Below are positions 27,901 to 39,900 of a stretch of DNA of 64,000 bases, piece by piece. Every line of letters starts with the position of its first letter. The first letter of the stretch is position 1. The stretch covers positions 78,707,738-78,771,737 of the forward strand of contig NC_057711.1 in NCBI RefSeq assembly GCF_004010195.1. The letters run 5' to 3'. The translations under genes were made by a program, and so were the position numbers. The notes below the pieces were generated by a model that saw nothing but the letters and a program-made list of their open reading frames with translations, did not search any database and was not told the origin of the DNA. The DNA is from Chiloscyllium plagiosum (Eukaryota).

Positions 27901-30900
27901 ATTTTAACAAAAATTTGTACTTGGCATGTTAAACAAGATGATAAAATGATCCATGGGCTGTACAGTTAGTCATAGAGTTGTACAACATAGAAACAGAACA
28001 GTCGGTCAAAATTATCCATGCTAACCAGATATTCAAAATAAATCTAGTCCCATTTGTCAGCACTTGGCCCATCTACCTCTAAACCCTTTTTATTCGTATA
28101 CCCATCCAGATGCCTTTTAAATGTTGTATTTGTACCAGCCTCCACCACTTCCTCTGGCAGCTCATTCCATGCATGCATCATACTCTTTTTTTTTTTTAAA
28201 AAAAAGAATTGTCCCTTTTTAAATCTTTCTCCTCTCACCTTAAACCTATATCCTCTAGTTTTGGATCCCCCTCCCCCGGAGAAAAGACCTTGGCTATTCA
28301 CCCTATCCATGCCCCTCATGATTTTATAAACCTCCTATAAGGTCAGCCGCTGACATTCCAGGGAAAACAATCCTAGCTATTCAGCCTCTCCCTTTGGTTC
28401 AAGCTCTCCAACCCTGGCAACGTCCTTGTAAATCTTTTCTGAACTCTCAAGTTTCACAATATCCTTTTCTATAGCAGGGAGACCAGAATTGAATGCAGTA
28501 TTCCAAAGGTGGCCTAACCAATATCCTGCAATATAACGTCCCAACGCCTATACTCATGCACTGATCTATAAAAGCAAACATACCTTGAATATTAAACATT
28601 TATTACAGAATCTAATATGTGTAGACACTAGTTATTGTTTGTGGTTCTGTTCACCGAGCTGAGAATTTGTGTTGCAGACGTTTCGTCCCCTATCTAGGAG
28701 ACATCCTCAGTGTTTGGGAGCCTCCTGTGAAGCGCTTCTGTGAAGTTTCCTCCGGCATTTACAGTGGTTTGTCTCTGCTGCTTCCGGTTGTCCGCTGCAG
28801 TGGCTAGTATATTGGGTCCAGGTCGATGTGTTTGTTGATAGAATCTGTGGATGAGTGCTAGGAATTCCCTGGCTATTCTCTGTTTGGCTTGTCCTATAAT
28901 AGTAGTGTTGTCCCAGTCAAACTTATGCCTCTAGGAATTCCCTGGCTTGTCATCCGCGTGTGTGGCTACTAAGGATAGCTGGTCGCGTTGTTTCGTGGCT
29001 AGTTGGTGTTCATGGATACGGATCGTTAGCTGTCTTCCTGTTTGTCCTATGTGGTGTTTTGTGCAATCCTTGCATGGGATTTTGTACACTATGTTGGTTT
29101 TGCGTGATGGTACCGAGAACACCGAACGGAGAATTCACCACAAAGGTATACAGGAAAGCCACACGCCCAGACCAAGTCCTGAACTACAAAAGCAACCACT
29201 CCAACACACAAAAGAAGTTGCATCAAGACACTGTTCAAAAGGGCCACAACACACTGCAGCACACCAGAACTGCAAAAAGAGGAAGAAGAACACCTCTACA
29301 ATGTATTCGCCAAAAACTGATACCCCCGCAATTTCATCAACAGATGCCTAAGGGAAAGACAACGGAATGAGGATATGTCACACCCCAAAGGACTAGCCAT
29401 GTTATCATACATCAAGAACATTTCTGAACTGACAGCCAGACTACTACGACCACTAGGACTCCTAACAGCACACCAACCAACAGCCACTCTCAGACAACAA
29501 CTCACCAGGACAAAGGACCTGATACCCAGCATGAGCAAAACCAATATAGTGTACAAAATCCCATGCAAGGACTGCACAGAACACTACATAGGACAAATAG
29601 GAAGACAGCTAACGATCCGTATCCATGAACACCAACTAGCCACGAAACAGCACGACCAGCTATCCTTAGTAGCCACACATGCGGATGACGAGCAACATGA
29701 GTTCGACTGGGACAACACTACTATTATAGGACAAGCCAAACAGAGAACAGCCAGGGAATTCCTAGAGGCATGGCACTCATCCTCGGATTCAATCAATAAG
29801 CACATCGACCTGGACCCAATATACTGGCCACTGCACGGACAGCTGGAACTGACAACCGGAAGCAGCAGAGACAAACCACTATAAATGCTGGAGGAAACAT
29901 GACGACAGAAGTGCTTCACAGGAGACTCCCGAACACTGAGGATGTCACCTAGATAGGGGACGAAACGTCTGCAACACAAATTCTCAGCTCGGCGAACAGA
30001 ACCACAACAACGAGCACCCGAGCTACAAACCTTCTCTCAAACTTTGAACACTAGTTATTTATGAGCAATGAGATGGGCCAAATCAATCTTTTAACTTTTT
30101 ATTGTTTTCTTCACCAATTTACTTTAATTTTGCACACTTTTTTAAGAAATTCAATTTTTCCCTAACCTGATATTTCCATTTATGTGCAAGCCTATAGTGA
30201 TCTCCAAGCCATGACATTCCTTTCCATGTGTAATTTGATGCCAAGTTGTATCCAAGGTTTAGAGCATTTGTTACACACTTTTAAATTTTCAGAAATTTTA
30301 ACATTCAACATTACTGTTCTTTTTATGTTTATGCTAGAGGCTATTGTTTAAATTAAATCATTGAATTTTTGCAAGCCAGAACACAGTACTTATTAAAATT
30401 GATCAACATATCTAAAGGATTTGTTTGAAGAATGTATCTGATTTCACTGGTTCCATTACTTTGTGGTGATAGTGCTGTTTAATGACTCTATAGAACTTTA
30501 TTGTTTAAACATTGAATTGCCACTACTTTTCCAGTGACAGCTGATTACATGATTGATTCAATATTGGTTTCTGCCAGTTTTAGCAAATACATCATTCCGC
30601 CTTTTCTAATGCATTCCTTAAAGGTATAATCCTTATGACCCAACCTGCCGCCCCTCCCGGTGTTTCAGAGCTGAACGAAATTCCCAACATTATAGCAATC
30701 TTTCAGTAGTACTTTGGAGATCTCTTTTGGATGAGATGGCAAGCTGTTTACTGCTATCTGGAGAAAAATTATCCTAATGCAGTTTGAAGAAGCTGAATAA
30801 TGTTTAGTCATTAACATTATTTTGTTTTTGGGGAGGTTGTTTTGTATAATTAGTTGTCATGTTTCCTGCGCTATCCTGCTGAGGTAACTACACATAGACA

Positions 30901-33900
30901 CATGAAATAGGAACAAGAGTAGGCAAAAGTGAGGACTATAAATGCTGGAGATTAGATTCAAGGTGCTGGAAAAGCACAGCAGGTTAGGTAGCATCCAAGG
31001 AACAGGAAAATCGACATTTCGGGCAGGAGCCCTTCATCTAGGAACAAGAGTCGCCCATTTCGCCCTTTAGCTCCACCACTTCGTATGGCTGATCATGCCA
31101 TTCGGTATCGTGCTCCCACTTTTGCTACATACCCTTTGATTCCTTTAGCACCAAGAACTATTTCAAGCCCCTCCTTGAAAACATTCAATGTTTAGCCTCA
31201 ACCACTTTGAGGTCAAGAAATCCACAGGCTTAACACTCCCTAGGTGAAGAAATGTCTCCTCATCTCAGTCCTAAATGGCCTACTCGGTATGTTTAGTTCT
31301 GTGGCCCCTAGTTTAGGACACCCCAGTTATTGGGAGCATTGTTCTCGCATTTACCCTGTCTATCCCCCTTTTTCTTTTAGAATTTGATAAGTTTCTGAGA
31401 TTTCCAATCCCTTTTACTACTCTTTGAAATGCCAGTGAACATAATCCTAACTGATTCAGTCTATCTTCTGTTCTACCATCACAGGACTTAGTTTGCTAAA
31501 TCTTCATTATGCTCCCTCCATTGCCAGAACATCCTTCCTCAGATAAGGAGTTAAAAGCTGCATGCAATACTTCAGGTGTGGCCTTACCAAGGCTTTGTAC
31601 AATTGCAGCAAGATATCTTTGTTCCTATACTCAAATCCTCCCTGTTTGAAGGCCAGCATACTTTGCCTCCTTCAACACCTTGATGCACTTGCATGCTTAC
31701 ATTCAGTGACAGGCATACAAGGACTCTCCCTTTTTTCAATCATCACCACTCTGATAATCTGCCTTCATGTTCTTGTGACCAAATCTCACATTTATCCCAT
31801 GTATTTATCTACTCACTCAGCTTGTCCAAATCACACTGAAGCATCTCTAAGTTCTCCTCACAGCTCATCCTCCCATCTAGCTTTAAGTCTTCTGAAAATG
31901 TAAGATCTTACATTTAGTTCCCTCATCGAAATCATTAATGTAATTTATGAATAGCTGGGTTCCAAGCACTGATCTCTGCTGTACTCCACTGGGCACTGAC
32001 TACCAATAGAAAATAGACCCTTGTATTCCCTCATTTTCAGCCTGCCAGCCAGTTTTCTATTGATATCAGTCTACTACACCCAATCCTATGTGCTTTAATT
32101 TTACACGCCAATTTCTTGTGCAAGACCTTATCAAACAGCTTCTGAAAGTTCAAATAAACCACATCAACTAATTGCTCTTTGACAACTCTACCAGGTACAG
32201 CCTCTCAAAATTCCAATAAATTTATCAAACCTGATTTTCCTTTTGTAAATCCATACTGTCTCTCATCCTGTTACTATTTTCCAAGTGCTGTGCTATTAAA
32301 TCTTTTATAATAGACTCTAGCATTTTTCCTATTACCAATATCAGGCGAAGGGTCTAAAATTCTCTACTTTGTCTCCTTTCTAAAATAGGTTGTGTGCCTT
32401 TTTGAGCAAAATAGAATGTATCTGCAAATGCAAATTCACTCCATAAACTTATCTGTGTGTGTGCATGTGAGGGAGAGAGTGAGTGTGCGAGAGTGTGATG
32501 GAGTATGTGCCTGTGAGAGGGGGTGTGTGGGTGGTGTGTGTGGGTGGTGTGTGTGTGGCACACGTCTCGGGGTATTTGCAGATACATTCTATTTTGTTCA
32601 CATGGCACTCAACCTGCAGGCGGCCAATCCATGCGACATTTGATAAATTCCTACTTTGGAAATAGAGCCAATCTGATGCAAATGTGGGATACAGGCAGAC
32701 TCTAATCTCACACCTTTAACACATTGTCTGAGCTGAGATGTCACCTTTTTTTATAAAACCTTAAGTCATCTTGGGAATGTGACTTAGAGTCATAGACTTG
32801 AAAGAAATTCTGGGATTTACATATTAATGAATCAAAACCTGCAATTCATTCTAAAAGGTGAAAGACTTAACAGCAATCTAGGAACAATTGCATCAGTTGT
32901 CTGACACTTTGATCTTGTGCAATAAATTTGATGTCTTATGATCTTGCCTCACTAGCTCCTGATGAAGGAGCACCTCTCCGCAAGCTAGCACTTCCAAATA
33001 AACCTGTTGGACTACAACCTGGTGTTTTGGAATTTTTAACTTTCTAAAAACTGAAAGTCCTGGATATTCAGTTCCCAACTATGGCCACCCGGCAGCCACA
33101 AGATTGTAATCCCAACTACATCGTACCCCCCATTTATAGTAATTTGTGTGACTAATTCATACACCTTTAATACGTGAAGCACTTGCAATAGGCACAAGAC
33201 TCTAAGTACTCAAGAAATGGGGCAGAGTTTCAGATTCTAGGGGACATCATTGTCATCTTTTAAAATTTTATCCTGCTCATTATTTTGCATTGAGGAAGAG
33301 AATGTCTTTTCTGCCAATGCTGCTGTCTTTTGTTTTTGTTGTTTCTTCTCTACTGTCTCCATGAATAGGTTCCTATCCCTCCCATTTTAGTTTGAAACCC
33401 TCCCCAACCACACTGGCAAATATTCTCCTCGGGACATCCATCCCAGTCCTGCCTACTTGCAACCTGGTCACACTTTCCCTGAGAACTGGTTTTAATGCTC
33501 CAGGAATCTGAAACCTTCCCCCTTGCACACTTTCACCAGTTATGTATTCATATGAACTGAAAACAACAAATGCTGGAGATCACAACGGTCAGACTGTATC
33601 CATGGAGAGAGATCAAGCTCATCTTTTGAGTCTAGATGACTTTTTTTTTCTTTCAGAGCTGAAGTGAACTGTGGAGGAGGCAGCATTTATGCGATAGTTT
33701 AGGGGGTGTGGAGGGAGTGGTTTGTGGCAGTGGTGAGATGTAGCGAGCTGGTGGGATCCCTGTCTGAGGGAAGAGCAAAGCTTCTTCAGAGTAGGCATTC
33801 CTTGAAGAGATGTGGCAGTTGATTAAACACAATGTGGGAGTAAATTACTGCAGATGCTGGAATCTGTACTGCAAACAACAAATGCTAGAGATCTTTCACT

Positions 33901-36900
33901 ATTTCTACTCTGATTAGTATGTGAATTGGTAGCAATCCTGAGATTCTACTTTTGAGGTTCAACTTTTAAACTTGCTTCCTATATTTTGCTTTCCGGACTT
34001 TATTCTTTTTCTTACACGTTGGTTTCAAAAACATAGGTACCATCGTTGAGAGAGTTGTTCGTTATTCCTGTTCAGAATGCTCTAAAGCCACTCCCCTTTA
34101 AAATACATTAATTTTAAATACTTTGCTTTTGATATAACAATGTTTACATCAGTGTATATATAAATGCAATATTTCTTTTCTTTGGCTTGGAGTACTTATC
34201 CCTTGCATCAGAAGTCCTGGATCTTTTGGAACCTATGTTTAGATTCAGTCAGAATACCTGGTAGCTGAATCCAATTTGCTGAAATTTTTAATTAACTAAT
34301 CAACTTTTATATTTGTTCATGGGGAAGTGGGATATTATTGGCGAGGCCAACTTTTATTGTCCTTCCCTAATTGCCTTTAGGCCTGTTGAGCTGCTGCCTT
34401 GAGCTGTTGTGCTGAATGGGAGAGGGTGGTGTGGTGGTCAATATACCCACCGTGCCGTTAGGAAAGGAGTTCTCTAAGCTTTTGTTTGCTGTTTGCATCC
34501 AAATTTCCAAGCTTGCAGTGCATCAAAATTAATAGAATTTTGCATGCTCTTATTCAACAGTTTGGTTTGATTTTCGCTGGTGCTCAGAAGAATATTGGTT
34601 GTGCGGGAGTGACTGTGGTAATAATCAGAGAGGATCTTCTAGGATTTGCATTGAAGGAATGTCCAATAGTGTTTGACTATAAAGTACAAGAGAGCAGCAA
34701 TTCTCTTTACAATACTCCTTCAACCTATAGGTAAGTGGTTTATATTTTATCTTGCATGTCTAAATTGTTAAGTGCAGGTATTTGGTTTAATAGTTTTTTT
34801 GCGATAAATAAGCTGTTCCATGTTGCAATTTCATTTTCAGAGATCATAGTTTCTATATAGCGTAGAGCTTTTTCCAAGCTTTCAAGTCTAGTGGATCTGT
34901 ATTGTATGTGTAGATGGTAAAACAAGTTGGGGCAGCTATAAATATTTGGCTAGGTGCCAGCACCCAGAAAAGATAGGCTGAGTTGCCAAATCCTGCTTAT
35001 TAACATTCCAGTGTCTGCTTCACTATTTGTTCGCAATGCGTTGAATTTGGACTTGTTACAGTTGCACAGTGAATACAAACTAAACTCTCAAACACATGTG
35101 AATCTTGAAAGGGTTCAGAAAAGATTTACAAGGATGTTGCCACGGTTGGAGGATTTGAGCTATAGGGAGAGGCTGAATAGCCTGGGGCTGTTTGCCCTGG
35201 AGCGTCAGAGGCTAAAGGGTGACCTCATAAAGGTTTATAAAATGATGAGGGGCATGAATAGGATAAATAGACAATGTCTCTTCCCTGGGATGGGAGCGTC
35301 TAGAACTAGAGGGTATAAGTTTAAGGTGAGAAGAGAAAGATTTAAAAGGGACTGAAAGGGCAACTTTTACACTCAGAGGGTGGTATGCGTATGGAATGAG
35401 CTGCCAGAGGAAGTGGTGGAGGCTGGTGCAATTACAATATTTAAAAAGTACCTGGATGGGTATATGATAGGAAGGATTTATAGTGATATGGGCCACTTGC
35501 TGGCAAATGGAAGAAGGTTAATTTAGGATATCTGGTCTGCTGAAGTAGTTTTGTCCACAAATCCAGACAAAAGTTTCAGTACAACGGTAGATGCTTTATT
35601 ATCGGACAGCTGGTGAGAGATTCTCAGTGACCCCAAAGGAGTCATGTGGTCTACTTGTGGTGGCACTTCTCAACGAATCCCTGCTCCACACAAATGCAGA
35701 ATATTTTATAGGAATTTTATTGTACAGAGGTCGACAAGTCACATAGTTAATTGCTGTTACATTGTTTAAGATTGGTAATTACAATTTTACAATGCCCGGT
35801 GATTGCCGATATCCTGTGATAACTAGCCAATGGTTTACAGAAACAGGTTATCATATTCTTCATGACCATATATTTATAGATAGAGATTTTAGACTGAAGG
35901 ACTTTGTTCTCATGGTTGGATTCGCATGCCCATGTTAATAGGTAGGGGAAGCATGATAATGGGGACAGGAGGCACTTAATAAGGTTATGGCCAAGGCCAT
36001 CAGTCTTGTCCAGGGAAGACAAACACTTTTTGGCTGAGGCTGCAAGTGAAATCCACGTGTGAGGATTCTGTTCTCCGGGAGTCAGCTACCCCCCCCAGTC
36101 CGCTGCGATGTCCCGTCTCATTCTGTAAGAGGACAGGTTTGCAATCGATACTGCAGTGAGTCCTTTTAGCAGTGGAATGTTTAACCCTTGAGTTCCCAAT
36201 ATATCATGGTAAAGAAGTAAAATTGGAATTTATACTTTTGTGGCTTTCTAATGTCCTCGGGTCGGCATGGACAAGTTGGACCAAAGGGTCTGTTTCCATG
36301 CAGTATATCCTTATGATGCTATGTTAACTCTTGTCACTTCAACTCTTTTTAAATGCCCTAAATGTTTCAATTACTGTCAATAAACTGGAAAAAGACTCTT
36401 GATGTCAAATCTTCAGATATTAGTAGTTAGAGGTTTGCCTCAACCAGATCTTTATTTTCCTTTTCTAAAAATTTGTTTTTCCCCATATCCAATTTAAACT
36501 GTACCAGCTTACTTTGCATCCAGTGTCCAGTTTTCCTTTTGTTTATTTCAACCTTGTCAGTTTTGAGTAACCACCTGCTCGGTTTCCCCCAGCTCCCATA
36601 TTCAACAACTTTAAAATAACTTATTCTTGCATGTCTTAATGATTCTCACATTGATGCTCTCCATAGCAAAACCTGAGCACGTTTTGGCATGTTTCCTTAC
36701 TGCACACTATGAACTATCCTAACAGCACTGAAAATAAGTGACATGAAGTAAAATAGAGCTGGTATGAAGTCTCTGAAAATTTATGGCTGTTACTATTAAT
36801 ATCTTTTTGTACTTGGATTCCTGCACAAAGTTGGCACTTGTAATTCTAGCTTTAAAAAAATCCAGCATATTCATGCACTAATTGTATTTTATTTATTTAT

Positions 36901-39900
36901 TTACGGTGACTAGTTTTATATTGTGTTGGAACTTGACATTTCAAGTATGTGCATGTATATGCTTGTTCATCTCAGAATGGAGTCTAAACTTAGGTCCTGC
37001 CGAAAGGGTGGTAGAAACTGTTTCAGTGTAAATGAACCAGCTAGTTTTTAATCTAGTGAAGCTGAAAATATCTTTAGTCTTGTTTGCTCTGGCGTCTTGC
37101 CCTGTCTGCAAAATGTGTACAATGTAGTAACTCAGATTTGTTTTTCTTTCAGCATTTACATTATGGGTTTGGTCTTGCAATGGATTAAGAAATGTGGTGG
37201 TGCTCAAGTGATGGAACAAAACAGTATTGCTAAGTCAAAGCTGATTTACAATGTAATTGATGGATCCAATGGATTCTATGTGTAAGTTTTCTTTTGTACT
37301 ATACTAAACTTCTGAACATTTTTTAAATTGCCATGTTTAAACTAAACTTAGTCCTGGAAATAGCATGAGGTTGGTAGCAAGTGAGTTTTTTTTTGTGTGG
37401 GTTAGCATAAGATGACTATAAGCCAGAACTGTCCCTCCAGTACCCAAGAAAGCATGTGAAAAGTGCCTTAATGACTACCGCCCAGTGGCTCGCACCTCCA
37501 ATAATCATGAAGTGGTTTGAGAGGCTGGTCATGGCCCACATCAACTCCAGTCTCCCAGCCTGCCTCGATCGCCTACGATTTGCCTATTGATGTAATTGGT
37601 CTACAGCAGTCATCATATCCCTTGCCCTCCACTCATCCCTGGAACATCTGGATAATGAGGACATCTACATCAGACTCCTGGTCATTAACTACAGCTCCAT
37701 CTTCAGCACCATTATCCCCTCCAGGCTGATCTCAAAACTGAGAACTTGGTCTCAGCACCACCTTCTGCAACTGGATTTTCAGCCTTATGACTCATCTATT
37801 TTCACCTGATTGAAATCTAACAGTACATCCTCCTCAATAACACTCAACACCAGAGCCCCACTCTTCCTCCCCCAAGAATGCATCCTCAGCCCTCTACTGT
37901 ACTCCCTGTACACCCACGACTGTATTGCCAAATGCCATCTACTAGATCACTGATGACACTACCATTGTATGACGGATCTCTAGCAATGATGAGTAAAAAC
38001 ACTGAAGAGAAATAGAGGGCTTGGTGATGTGGTGCAGTGAGAACAGCACCTCTCTGAATGTCAGCAAAGCTAAAGGACTGATTATTGACTTCAGAAAAAA
38101 AGGAGAACACGCCCCCATCTACATTAACAGAGCTGAGGTTGAGAGGATGGAGAGTGTCACATTCCTCAGAGTGATAACGATTGACAGCCTGTCCTGGACT
38201 TCCCACATAGATGCGAGCGTCAAGAAGGCACGGTACTGCCTCCTCTACCTTGGGCGGCCCCGGAAATTTGGCATGTCCATAAGGACCCTCATCAACTTCT
38301 ACAGATGTACGTTTGAAAGCATAATGTCTGGGAGGATAATGGCCTGGTATGGCAACTTCACTGCCCAGGACAGTAAGAACCTACAGAAGGCTGTGTGCAC
38401 AGCCCAGACCATCACAGAAGTTGGTCTTCTGTGCATGGACTCCATTTACCTGGCTTGTTGCCACGGAAAGGCTGTCAACATCATCAAAGATCCCTCCCAC
38501 CCTCTTCTTTCAGGCTGGAGATATTGATGCCTGAGTACACGCACCAGCAAGTTCAGGATTAGCTTTTTCCTGGCTGTTATTAAACTGATGAATGAACTCT
38601 TTAACCTCAAATAATGCTGATCTTGCTAATGTTGATCGTGCCTAGCGAACGCCCTGTGCAATATAATTGTATGCCTCAAGTTTTCTTTATCAACCTTTGA
38701 TCTGTACTTTCCTTACTATGATCAGCCTGCACTACTCTTAAAGAGAGCTTTCCACCATACTTTGGTACACGTGACAGTAAATCAATCAGAGGGTAGAGCG
38801 AATTGGAGCCACTGCCCCTGCAATTTATCGAGTGCCCGCATTCCGACTGCAGCAACTTGTAGACTTGAATCTTCCTTTTTTTTTGAAGAATGGAAAGGAA
38901 AGCTGGACAGGCATGGATGGCTGCAGTGATATTGGCCTGTCCCCACACTCTCGCATTTTGTCTGCTTCCCTTGTTCTTCTAGTGGTTCTGGGTTGGGAAG
39001 TGCTGTTGAAAAACCATTTGTCAGTTGCTGGAGAGTGTCATCAGTGTGATGCACAATAATGCCACTGTGCACCAAAGGTGGAGGAGTGATTTGCTAGAGA
39101 TGTATAGGATACTGTTCAAGATGGTTGCTTTGCCTTGGTGGGTTTAAGATTTTTTTGAAGTGCATTGATCCAGGTATCACGCTTCTGATTTATGCCTTGT
39201 AGATAGCAGATGGGTCTTCATGAGCCAGAAGTACTCTGTACAGGATTCTGACCTATTTTATAGGTACTGTATTAGTATAACTGATCCAGTCTTCTTTCTG
39301 CTCACTGAACTGTAAGAGTTGAGGGTGGATTCATTGACATTCAAGGAACACTGCACTCTATTCTAAGTGATTTAAAGATTTAATAGCAATCTAGGTTTGT
39401 TCAATACATCACATTAGTTGTATGATACTTTGATCTTTTACTATAAATTCTGTGCCCTATGATCCTGTCCCACTAGCTACCTGACAAACCAGCAGCGCCC
39501 TGAAAGCTTGTACTTTCAAATAAATCTGTTGGACTATATCTGGTGTTGAGATGTTTAACTTTGTCCAACACCAGCACCTCTATGTTTATGGCTTTCATCT
39601 GAATGTTAGTTTTCATTTTGTTCTGAAAAACCTCCTTATTTTTGATAAACTGCATTGATAATTGAGAACCGTGGCATCTGAAATTTTTGACCAGACTTTA
39701 ATTCTTATGACTTTACCTCTGTTTCCATATAGAGTTTGGTTTACATGTGCAGACACCTCCTTACTCATGTAAAAGTTGGGTGAGGTTTCAAGCTACATAG
39801 GAAATACTATGGATGAACTGCTGAGTTAACACCAGTTTAAGGAGGCCTCCAATTGTTGTCAAACTCAAACCCTCCTTCACTGAGTGCGAATCTGAACATG

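Larger units (their letters stand above)
28637..30047 (+). mobile_element. Penelope-like element (Penelope/Poseidon-type GIY-YIG), 5'-truncated with an inverted arm
   Basis: ORF 29375..29884 contains [30 protein letters not shown] and REFLEAWHS. 28637-29103 is the reverse complement of ~29535-30008. 12-bp TSD acactagttatt at 28625-28636 and 30048-30059. Confidence 0.95.
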
